From an uncultured Clostridia bacterium (lineage in GTDB: Bacteria > Bacillota > Clostridia > Christensenellales > UBA1242): a DNA stretch of 64,000 bases. The stretch lies in contig CALVZE010000001.1 of assembly GCA_944372445.1 (NCBI GenBank), positions 50,199 through 114,198 on the forward strand, read 5' to 3'. Each line of letters starts with the position of its first letter. The first letter of the stretch is position 1. Both the position numbers and the translations under genes were made by a program. Positions 30,086 to 37,958 of the stretch are shown piece after piece. Under the pieces are notes generated by a model. It made no database searches, had not been told where the DNA came from, and saw only the letters and a program-made list of their open reading frames with translations.

Positions 30086-30391
30086 CTTTTAGTCAAGCCA
30101 AAATATTTATAAAATAAATGCTACAAAATACAAAAAAATTAAATAATAATTTATAATAATTTATAATAATAATTATTTAATATATAATATTATGTTAATA
30201 TATAAATATTATTTAATAATTTTTTTGCTTGCAAGAGGAAATTATATGGTTATTTAAAAATAACTTTGACATTTTGCTTATTTTAGTTATATTTTTTTAG
30301 TAATTGAAGGAATTGTTTTTATTGATTTTTAAATAATAAAGGATTGCTCGAAATTTCGACATCCTTTTTTTATTTTTCCAGCGTTTTAGAG

Positions 30392-30420
30392 TTGACAAAT
30401 ATCATAAAATTTATTATAAT
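30392..30420 (+). promoter_or_regulatory. rpmH operon promoter
   Basis: TTGACA, a 17-nt spacer, then TATAAT (all consensus), 50 nt upstream of rpmH. Confidence 0.65.
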
Positions 30421-30469
30421 AACTTTCATAGCATTTCTTTGCTAGAAATTTACACATAAGGAGAGGAAC

Positions 30470-30604
30470 ATGAAAAGAACATATCAACCTAAGAAAAGAC
30501 AAAAAAATAAGGTTCATGGTTTCCGTGAAAGAATGAGAACCAAGGGCGGTAGAAATGTTTTGAAAAGACGCAGAAATCGCGGTAGAAAGAAAATTGCGGG
30601 CTAA
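30470..30604 (+). CDS. rpmH: 50S ribosomal protein L34
   Basis: Below the track length cutoff. Hand translation gives [44 protein letters not shown] after a GGAGAGG RBS. Confidence 0.95.
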   Translation: MKRTYQPKKRQKNKVHGFRERMRTKGGRNVLKRRRNRGRKKIAG

Positions 30605-30606
30605 AA

Positions 30607-30936
30607 ATGCATAGCTTAAAAAAGAACAAAGAATTTAATTACATCTATAAGAAAGGTGAACGTGTAAGCAGTGATAACTTCACCTTATTTGTTGTGAAAA
30701 GTAAATTTTTTGATTACCGCATAGGCTTTTCAATAAACAAGAAACTAGGTAAGGCAAACAAACGCAATTTGCTTAAAAGGCGTTTGAAGGAAATATGCCG
30801 AAAGGAATTAAAAATAGCGCCTTATAGAAATTATGTTGTGCTTGCAAGGAATGAGGCAATTAAATTAGAGTATAGAGAACTCTTAGAAGAGATGAAAAGG
30901 CTTTTTGGTAAATATGAAAAAAAGAAAGCTTTATAA
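30607..30936 (+). CDS. rnpA: Ribonuclease P protein component
   Basis: LKKNKEFNYIYKKG...FSINKKLGKANKRNLLKRRLKE, the typical basic RnpA pattern. Follows rpmH. Confidence 0.92.
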   Translation: MHSLKKNKEFNYIYKKGERVSSDNFTLFVVKSKFFDYRIGFSINKKLGKANKRNLLKRRLKEICRKELKIAPYRNYVVLARNEAIKLEYRELLEEMKRLFGKYEKKKAL

Positions 30937-31177
30937 GACGATTTTTTTAATTCCTGTATTTTTTTATAAATACTTAATTTCGCCACTACTTCCTCATAGT
31001 TGCCTTTTCACTCCTACATGTTCAAATTATTTTATAGGATGTGTGGAGGAATTTGGCGTTTTTAAAGGAACAAGCCTAGGACTAAAACGCCTTTTTAGAT
31101 GCGTGCCGTGGCAAAAAAAATCAGGCTATGACCCTGTGCCAATAAATTTAAAAGGAGAGAACATATGGATACTTTGA
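30914..31177 (+). CDS. yidD: Membrane protein insertion efficiency factor YidD
   Basis: YKYLISPLLPHSCLFTPTCSNYFIGCVEEFG matches the conserved YidD core. Confidence 0.9.
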   Translation: MKKRKLYKTIFLIPVFFYKYLISPLLPHSCLFTPTCSNYFIGCVEEFGVFKGTSLGLKRLFRCVPWQKKSGYDPVPINLKGENIWIL

Positions 31178-32517
31178 TGATTGTGCTAACAGAACCGCAT
31201 GGTATGTGGGAAAGTATCTTAGGTGCTTTTAAAGGCGCTATGGGCTCTTATATTTTAGCTGTTATTCTTCTTGCAGTCATTGTGAGAATTTTATTTGCTG
31301 TTGTCGATGTTGTAAATAAGCGTTTCAGCACAAAAAACATGCAAATCAACGAAAAGATGAAGCCAGAGCTTGAAGCAGTGCAGAAAAAGTATGGCCATGA
31401 TAAAGTTCTTCTTCAAAAGAAACAACAGGAAATTTATAAGAAATATCAGTTTAATATGGTGTCTTCTTGCTTGCCTATGCTTATTGCTATGGTTTTGCAA
31501 TTAGTAGTGTTCTTGACCTTGTGGACAGGACTTCAAAATGTTTCTAACTATAACATTGTTAAGTCCTATGAAAACACTAAGACAGTCTATTATAATGTTT
31601 TACTTTTAAACGAAGATGAAGAAATCAAAAATTGCGTAGAGGGTTTGATTGCCTCTGGCGAAGAATATACAATTGATGTCAATGTTGACTTTGAGAATAT
31701 GAACATGAACGTGATAGTCAACGATGTTAACGGTGAAGAGGAAATTAATAAAAATATAACTATCATAGCGACCAACCCAAGCGTTGAGGGACAAGAGGGC
31801 GTTTCAAATGCAACAATATATAACCTAATAAAAGAATACGTTATGGAAGAAGTGCCTGTGGAAACGCCAGAGGAAGGAGAGGAAAATAACGAAGAAGAAA
31901 CTCCAACCACTGTTCCAAATGACTTAACAGAGTATAACAAAGCGATTAAAACTCTTGCTGAAAATGTGACAGCAGATTATTATATCGATAACCTTGAAAG
32001 CTTTTTGTGGATAAAAAATATTTATAAGGCAGAGTCTCCTCTTACAAGTCCGATATTTGAAAAGAGCGAAATAACAAATTATCTTCAAAAATTCTACTCT
32101 GACGAAGAAAAAGAAATTGAGAAAACAAATGGTTATGAAGGGCAAATCTTTGACTATGTGGTCGCAGGATTAGAAAACCGTGATTTAGGCGTAAATGGTT
32201 ATTTCATCTTGGTTATACTTGCGGTTGGAACAAGTTTTCTCTCTATCTTTATCAACAACAAATTGACAAAAAAGGTAAGTGGAACACAGCCAGGCGGAAA
32301 GATGATGTATTTTATCATGCCGTTGATTTTAGGTATCTTTACATTGATGTATACAAGCCTTTTTGCAATTTACATCATAATAGGTCAAATCATGATGATT
32401 GCATTGTCACCTCTCACTAACCTTATCGTCAAAAAGTGGATAGATGCAAGTGACAAACGAAAGGAAAAGAAAAAACAAGAAGTTATTGATGTTGATTATC
32501 GTAGAAAAGATATGTAA
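31165..32517 (+). CDS. yidC: YidC/Oxa1-family membrane insertase with a large acidic loop insertion
   Basis: Conserved elements KMKPELEAVQKKYG, CLPMLIAMVLQ and FLWIKN, C-terminal TMs and a basic tail. It is 450 aa, compared with about 260-300 aa that I recall as usual for Firmicute YidC. Confidence 0.88.
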   Translation: MDTLMIVLTEPHGMWESILGAFKGAMGSYILAVILLAVIVRILFAVVDVVNKRFSTKNMQINEKMKPELEAVQKKYGHDKVLLQKKQQEIYKKYQFNMVSSCLPMLIAMVLQLVVFLTLWTGLQNVSNYNIVKSYENTKTVYYNVLLLNEDEEIKNCVEGLIASGEEYTIDVNVDFENMNMNVIVNDVNGEEEINKNITIIATNPSVEGQEGVSNATIYNLIKEYVMEEVPVETPEEGEENNEEETPTTVPNDLTEYNKAIKTLAENVTADYYIDNLESFLWIKNIYKAESPLTSPIFEKSEITNYLQKFYSDEEKEIEKTNGYEGQIFDYVVAGLENRDLGVNGYFILVILAVGTSFLSIFINNKLTKKVSGTQPGGKMMYFIMPLILGIFTLMYTSLFAIYIIIGQIMMIALSPLTNLIVKKWIDASDKRKEKKKQEVIDVDYRRKDM

Positions 32518-32604
32518 AAACGTTTGTATAAAACTTAAAGCTTTTAAATAGCCCAAAAAAGGAACTTTACAAAAGTTCTTTTTTTTGTTAGAACGGCTGA
32601 AAAA

Positions 32605-32688
32605 ATGAAGAGTGAAGAAACGCTTGTCGCGTTTAGTGAAGAGTGAAGGCGAGCCGACTGCTCGCAGTGAAGAGTTGTGGAAAAAATA
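32605..32688 (+). repeat. GTGAAGAGTGAAG-type intergenic repeat cluster with embedded hairpins
   Basis: TGAAGAGTGAAG, AAACGCttgtcGCGTTT, AGTGAAGAGTGAAG, GCGAGCcgactGCTCGC, AGTGAAGAGTTG. A related copy lies at 56910-56960. Confidence 0.7.
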
Positions 32689-32890
32689 TATAAATAGGTG
32701 CCATCGCTTGGTTTCTGAAATGTTTCTATTATAATTTTATATAAAACCTGTTAGGTTTAAAACTTTTGGATTGAATTCAGTCTTTTTCGACAAAATATTG
32801 TAATTATATCAAAAAACCGCTTGTAAATGTATTTTGAAATGGCATTCGCTATATGGTATAATATCTTTGTTTTGCTTAAAGGAGATAATT

Positions 32891-33283
32891 ATGAGCGAAG
32901 TGGAAAGATTGAAGGTTAGAAAGGTTATTAGATATGCGCTTTTGCGGATTGGTTTTAGAATGGACCAAACAGGCTTTCAATATCTTTCAAGTGCGATAGA
33001 GCTTGTGATTGTCGAGCCTATGCTTCTTCATAAAATGATGAACGGCTTATTCAAAGAAGTGTGCTGTTTGTATAATATTGAAAAGGTGGCAAGTGTGCAG
33101 GGAGCGATAAGAAATATGATAGACACAACTTTCAGCAATCATAGTTTTTTAGAGGTCAATAAAATGTTCAATACAAACATTTTTACTATCGATGATAAGC
33201 CGTCGTGTGGACAAATAATAGGACTTATTGCCGAATATTACAATCTTAGGCTATATAAAAGCGAAGAGTTTTTTCAGTTTTGA
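32891..33283 (+). CDS. Stand-alone Spo0A C-terminal (DNA-binding) domain-like protein, no receiver domain
   Basis: Residues align by eye with B. subtilis Spo0A 150-260 (IG...G.QYL..AI...LL...L...V...YN....V..AIR..I......KP.....I..IAEYYNLRL). The ATG at 32891 follows AAAGGAG. Confidence 0.7.
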   Translation: MSEVERLKVRKVIRYALLRIGFRMDQTGFQYLSSAIELVIVEPMLLHKMMNGLFKEVCCLYNIEKVASVQGAIRNMIDTTFSNHSFLEVNKMFNTNIFTIDDKPSCGQIIGLIAEYYNLRLYKSEEFFQF

Positions 33284-33299
33284 CTTTAAGGAGTTTTAA

Positions 33300-33437
33300 A
33301 TGAATAAGAATAAGTATGTTCCTGTTCGGCTGGCGGAAGATGATTTTCAAAAACTGACAGAGTTATCAAATAGGCTTAAAAGAAACAAAAGTGAAATAAT
33401 AAGGCTTGCTATTACCTCTATGTATGATAAATATTAA
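33300..33437 (+). CDS. Ribbon-helix-helix (CopG/Arc-like) small DNA-binding protein, 45 aa
   Basis: Below the track cutoff. Translation is MNKNKYVPVRLAEDDFQKLTELSNRLKRNKSEIIRLAITSMYDKY, a beta-strand plus two helices. AAGGAG RBS, 17 nt after the preceding stop. Confidence 0.65.
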   Translation: MNKNKYVPVRLAEDDFQKLTELSNRLKRNKSEIIRLAITSMYDKY

Positions 33438-33500
33438 AAACATAATCAAATTATTTGCTTTTTTAATGGCAAAAGGGTATTATGTAAATAGAGGTGAAAT

Positions 33501-33872
33501 ATGATTAAATTTTTTAGATGTAGTCATTGCGGAAAGGTTATTGTTAAGGTGGTAGATTCAGATGTTCCGACAGTTTGTTGCGGTGAGGCGATGAAAGAAT
33601 TAGTTGCGAACACAACTGACGCTGTCACAGAAAAACATCTTCCTGTTGTAGAAAAAGGAAGATGCAAGACGACCGTGAAAATCGGAAGTGTTCCTCATCC
33701 AATGACGCCAGAGCATTACATAAACTTTATTGTCATGGCAAATGCTAACGGATATGAAATAAGATTTTTAAATCCAGGCGATAGCATAGAAGCAACTTTC
33801 AAAAATGATGACTATACCGAGGTGTATAGCTATTGCAATCTCCACGGTCTTTGGATGACTAAGCTCAAATAA
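33501..33872 (+). CDS. dfx: Desulfoferrodoxin (2Fe superoxide reductase)
   Basis: N-terminal desulforedoxin-like CSHCG...CCG and a C-terminal SOR centre (HPMTPEHYI...CNLHGLW). Confidence 0.92.
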   Translation: MIKFFRCSHCGKVIVKVVDSDVPTVCCGEAMKELVANTTDAVTEKHLPVVEKGRCKTTVKIGSVPHPMTPEHYINFIVMANANGYEIRFLNPGDSIEATFKNDDYTEVYSYCNLHGLWMTKLK

Positions 33873-34032
33873 ATTGAGATTTAATTTGCGCAAAATTTTT
33901 GTTGCCTGTTTGTTTTGGCAATAAAAATGAAAACACATTATCGTCCAAATCAAAAGGGATTTCTCAGAAAAATGATATTCTAACTTTAAAAATGACAAAA
34001 ATCAACTTTAAAAAATTTTAACAGATAAAATG

Positions 34033-34062
34033 TTGACAACGAGAAAGGCAATATGTTATAAT
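34033..34062 (+). promoter_or_regulatory. tRNA-Ser promoter
   Basis: TTGACA, an 18-nt spacer, then an extended -10 (TGtTATAAT). Confidence 0.6.
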
Positions 34063-34135
34063 CATGCCTGACGAATGGCGGAAAAGTGCTTGTGGTTAAA
34101 TTACAAGCTTGAAACTTATTCGTCAAGCAAAATAT

Positions 34136-34223
34136 GGAGAGTTGGTAGAGTGGTCGATTACACCAGTCTTGAAAACTGGCATACCGAAAGGTATCTGGGG
34201 TTCGAATCCCTAACTCTCCGCCA
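34136..34223 (+). tRNA. tRNA-Ser (anticodon UGA), CCA encoded
   Basis: GGAGAGT acceptor stem, anticodon stem-loop CCAGT-CTTGAAA-ACTGG, long variable arm, T-loop GGTTCGAATCC, and 3' CTCTCCGCCA. Confidence 0.9.
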
Positions 34224-34230
34224 GAATTTT

Positions 34231-34257
34231 AAGCACTATATGTAGTGCTTTTTTTAT
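34231..34257 (+). terminator. Terminator after tRNA-Ser
   Basis: AAGCACTAtatgTAGTGCTT followed by T7. Confidence 0.7.
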
Positions 34258-34429
34258 TTTATAATTGTCATATATGCACAATATATTGAATTTTCTAAGA
34301 TTTTAATAAAATGTTATATTTCAGGTTTGTTGCGAAACTTTAAGAGGTCTTTTGATAAAAAATTTGAATTAAAAGCTTCTTGAAGAATGAAATAAAAGGA
34401 GCCTTTTTAAAGCCCCTTTAAATTTTTTA

Positions 34430-34876
34430 TTATTCTATAACTTCTACCGTTCCGTCTTCTGAGATTTTTATTTTATCTCCTGTTTTAATCTCTGAAAGAA
34501 TATCACTCCCAAGTTTATCAATGGCGATAATATTAGAGTTTTCCCAATTTTTGGCTAAGATTACACCGCTTGCGGCAAGACTGTCTATCTCTTCGCTAAA
34601 TAGAAGAGCGGAAGGGTTTATCTTCATCTGACAAATCGTTTGAATGACAAGTCCACCGGTTGTCGAGCCGATGGTTTGAGGTAATATTAGTGCCACTCCC
34701 GTCAAATTTTTTCCATAGACATCAGGGTTGTTTTGGTCAGAGCCGATAACCTTTTTCTTGTTCATAAGTGCCGACTTTTGAAAGGTGGCAAGGGTGTTAA
34801 GTCCCTGACGCGACACCACACATTCTCCTTCATAATTTCCTTTGCAGATAACTCTGCCTTTAAATTTCTTTTCCAT
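34430..34876 (-). CDS. Aconitase X swivel-domain subunit (DUF126 family)
   Basis: 148 aa with the GRVICKGNYEGECVVS...GKNLTGVALILPQTIGSTTG pattern typical of DUF126. Adjacent to the DUF521 partner. Confidence 0.8.
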   Translation of the reverse strand: MEKKFKGRVICKGNYEGECVVSRQGLNTLATFQKSALMNKKKVIGSDQNNPDVYGKNLTGVALILPQTIGSTTGGLVIQTICQMKINPSALLFSEEIDSLAASGVILAKNWENSNIIAIDKLGSDILSEIKTGDKIKISEDGTVEVIE

Positions 34877-34877
34877 A

Positions 34878-36149
34878 TTATTTCACCTCGCAGATAATTT
34901 TTACGATGTCATCGTCTTTATAGTATCTAGCCTTTGAATAGGTCCTAAGTTTATTGCTGTTTGTAATTATCGGTTTACTGCCTGCTAGCGGATTGTTGGT
35001 ATACATAAGAGGACAGATAGAGGAAAGTTTTACGCCATAACCTATAAATTTTTTATAATCGTCGGTCTTTTTAAATTTTGCGGCAACATCTGGCGCGCAG
35101 GTCATGATTGTGCGAACTTTAACCTTTTTTCTTCCGCTCTTTTTAAGATTTTCTCCTATTTTTTCAGTCCAATTTTTGAGTTGGTTGAAAGAAAGGTGAG
35201 GACATCCGATAAAGCATAGTGACGGCTTGGCATCTTCCTTTTTCCACATGACAGGGTAGCTTTTGTATACTCTTTCAAGTTCCGCGTCATCGATTACATA
35301 GCGTATAGCATTTTCGCGCCAAAGTTTTTTGCCAAACTTTCTAGCTTCTGGCGTTAAATTGTCGATATGGTATAGTCCTACCGCACCATTTGAGGCGGTG
35401 GCGGCTCCGAAGTCTTTTAAGTATGAGATAGTGTCATCATTAAGCTCAGTGCCTAAAAATTTGTCTAAGCCGACAACATATGGCACTTTTTCCATGACTT
35501 TCATGCCGATAGCCGAGCCTAATATTTGTGCCTCAGGCAAATGTGTTGTTTTAATTTCCACTATGTAATCAGCTTTTCTTCCGTCATCGGTAAGTAAGCC
35601 AAACTTTGGCACTTTACCTAAGATTGCTCCAAAGATATCAAGCATTCCGCTGTTTCGGTTACATCTTGCTCCAAGCACGGAGTTGGCAAAGACAACTGCG
35701 GAGCTTTCTGCCCAAGAGAGAATATCGCCATACTTTGGAGTGTTTCCAACTTCTTCAAGATAGCAAGTGCAGGTGAAGGCGTTTTTGTTTTTTAGCCCAA
35801 TCTTTGAAAGTTGCTCCTCATAGTGTTTTTGTTTGGAATACATAATTTTTGAAAAGATAAGCTTGTCTAAAATACTACATTTGACATTTTTATAGTCAAT
35901 CGGGCGCGGGTCAACTGTGAATGGATACGGTGTTTTTAGTCCCGCTTCGATTATTTCATCCATAATTCGATAGACAGGTTTTAAAAGCCCGATACCGAAC
36001 GAAGTGACCAAATGCCCGCTTGTGGAAACAGGAACAAATTCTGTTGCCCCGAAAAGTTCGCCAAATTCAACAAGTGTTTGCATGATTTTGGCTTTTGTCT
36101 TTCCTTCGCTACCAGAAAGAATAGCCTGTTCTTCTTTTGTTAGTTTCAT
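34878..36149 (-). CDS. Aconitase X catalytic subunit (DUF521 family)
   Basis: N-terminus MKLTKEEQAILSGSEGKTKAKIMQTLVEFGELFGA is typical of DUF521/AcnX. There is a 1-nt gap to the small subunit. Confidence 0.8.
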   Translation of the reverse strand: MKLTKEEQAILSGSEGKTKAKIMQTLVEFGELFGATEFVPVSTSGHLVTSFGIGLLKPVYRIMDEIIEAGLKTPYPFTVDPRPIDYKNVKCSILDKLIFSKIMYSKQKHYEEQLSKIGLKNKNAFTCTCYLEEVGNTPKYGDILSWAESSAVVFANSVLGARCNRNSGMLDIFGAILGKVPKFGLLTDDGRKADYIVEIKTTHLPEAQILGSAIGMKVMEKVPYVVGLDKFLGTELNDDTISYLKDFGAATASNGAVGLYHIDNLTPEARKFGKKLWRENAIRYVIDDAELERVYKSYPVMWKKEDAKPSLCFIGCPHLSFNQLKNWTEKIGENLKKSGRKKVKVRTIMTCAPDVAAKFKKTDDYKKFIGYGVKLSSICPLMYTNNPLAGSKPIITNSNKLRTYSKARYYKDDDIVKIICEVK

Positions 36150-36326
36150 TTTAACCTCCTTTTAAACTTAGTTATATTATAGCAACAATTTAATTGAAAG
36201 CAAAATAAATTCTAATTAAAAAATAAATGAAAAAAGCTTATTATACAAAAAGTGTTCATGTGAAAAAAATATTTAAAAATTTTGTAATATCGTTTTGTAA
36301 ATTTAAAAAAATGTGCTACACTAATT

Positions 36327-37958
36327 TTGTTGTTATCAATGGGAAAAACAAAGGAGTTATTTGTGGAAGATAAAACTTGTTATGAGATGCTCAAAGAGAA
36401 TGCCGATATGAAGAAAGGCAATATCATCTTTAACGACCATAAAATCTCCATGAAACTCTTTTTGAAAAATATTGAAGATTTTGCCATTTCTCTCAAAAAG
36501 TTAGGGTTTAACAAAGGCGATGTGTTAACAATCTATCTTCCAACCTGCCCGCAAGCCCTTGTGGCTTTTTATGCCTGCTCGAAACTAGGAGTGATTGCAA
36601 ACATCGTGCATCCGCTTTTACCACTTGACCAATTGCGCGAAAATTTGAAGCAGACAAAATCGAAAGGTTTGATGTATTATGACATCTTGATAAGAAATCA
36701 TAAGGACTTAGCCTCTCTCAATCAAATTTTAATAAACTGTTCCATTTCAAATTATGTCATTTTAAGAAAGATTTTCTTTTTACTGTTTGCGATATACAAA
36801 TGCCGAACCTATAAAAAGGCGATAAAGTATTCAAAATTAATAAGGCATGGCAAAAATGTGACGCCGACAGAGGTGGAAGGAAAAGGTGGCGATGTTGTCT
36901 GCACCATGCATAGCGGAGGAACAAGCGGACAGCCAAAGATTATCGAACTTCAAAATAACGCGCTCAACGATTTAAGTGTGGCATTAGAAAAGATGTATAC
37001 CCGCAAAATTCGCGGAGGAGGGAGTGAATACTCGCTCGTTGCCTTGCCGATATTTCATGCTTACGGCTTAGGCGTTTCTGTGCATACCTGTTTGACTAAC
37101 AAATATAGTTTAATTTTGGTTCCAAACTTCAAACCGAAAAAATTTAATGCGATTATAAAAAAATACAATGTCACTTTCTTTGCAGGTGTCCCCGTTATGT
37201 TCAAGAAGATGATTGAATACAAAAACTTTTACGGCAAACATCTTGCAAAGCTAAAAGACCTGTGGTGTGGTGGAGATGTTCTCACCGAGCCGTTCGTTGA
37301 ACATTTTGATATGATATTAAAAAAATACAAAAGTTCGGCACGACTTTTTAGAGGCTATGGACTAACCGAAGTTTCCAGCGTGTGCGCGGCAAACACTTTT
37401 GAGCATTATCGCCCGTATAGCTGTGGCAAAGCCATTCCTTACACCAAAATTGAGATTTGGGATGAAGAAAACAACCTTTTATCTCCAAACACGATAGGTG
37501 AAATTGCCATAGGCTCGCCGTCAGTTATGAGAGGTTATCTAAATGAGGTTAACGGCTTTGTCCACAAAGAGGGAATAAAATGGGTAAAGACGGGCGATAT
37601 GGGCTACATGGACGAAGACGGCTACCTTTACATATTAGATAGGCGCAAGCGTTCCATAAAGATTAACGCTATAAATGTCTTTCCTTCTGAAATTGAAAAT
37701 TTGGTTAAAAAAATTGATTACATAGATGAGGCGTGTGCAGTGCCATATCACTATAACGAAAAGACCTATATCAAACTTTACATAACCATGAAAGAAAAAG
37801 AATATTTGGAAGAGAAAATAAAGCGAGAAATTATTACGCTTTGCAAGAAAAATTTGATAAAATATTCCGTTCCGCGTGTTATTGAGATAGTTGAAGAAAT
37901 GCCACGAACTAAGTTCGGAAAAATAGATTTTAAAAAATTAGAATTGGAGAATAATTAA
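36327..37958 (+). CDS. AMP-dependent synthetase/ligase (acyl-CoA or acyl-adenylate forming enzyme)
   Basis: AMP-binding motif TMHSGGTSGQPKI, then GYGLTE and TGDMGYMDEDGYLYILDRRKRSIKI. The likely true start is the GTG at 36363 after AAAGGAG. Confidence 0.88.
   Translation: MLLSMGKTKELFVEDKTCYEMLKENADMKKGNIIFNDHKISMKLFLKNIEDFAISLKKLGFNKGDVLTIYLPTCPQALVAFYACSKLGVIANIVHPLLPLDQLRENLKQTKSKGLMYYDILIRNHKDLASLNQILINCSISNYVILRKIFFLLFAIYKCRTYKKAIKYSKLIRHGKNVTPTEVEGKGGDVVCTMHSGGTSGQPKIIELQNNALNDLSVALEKMYTRKIRGGGSEYSLVALPIFHAYGLGVSVHTCLTNKYSLILVPNFKPKKFNAIIKKYNVTFFAGVPVMFKKMIEYKNFYGKHLAKLKDLWCGGDVLTEPFVEHFDMILKKYKSSARLFRGYGLTEVSSVCAANTFEHYRPYSCGKAIPYTKIEIWDEENNLLSPNTIGEIAIGSPSVMRGYLNEVNGFVHKEGIKWVKTGDMGYMDEDGYLYILDRRKRSIKINAINVFPSEIENLVKKIDYIDEACAVPYHYNEKTYIKLYITMKEKEYLEEKIKREIITLCKKNLIKYSVPRVIEIVEEMPRTKFGKIDFKKLELENN

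Noticed and set aside
34063-34135. A structured leader of about 70 nt (GACGAAT...ATTCGTC enclosing GCTTGT...ACAAGC) between the promoter and tRNA-Ser, considered as a T-box or riboswitch.
   Set aside because: T-boxes and riboswitches regulate mRNAs, not tRNA genes. No specifier or T-box motif is visible, so this is most simply a pre-tRNA leader removed by RNase P.
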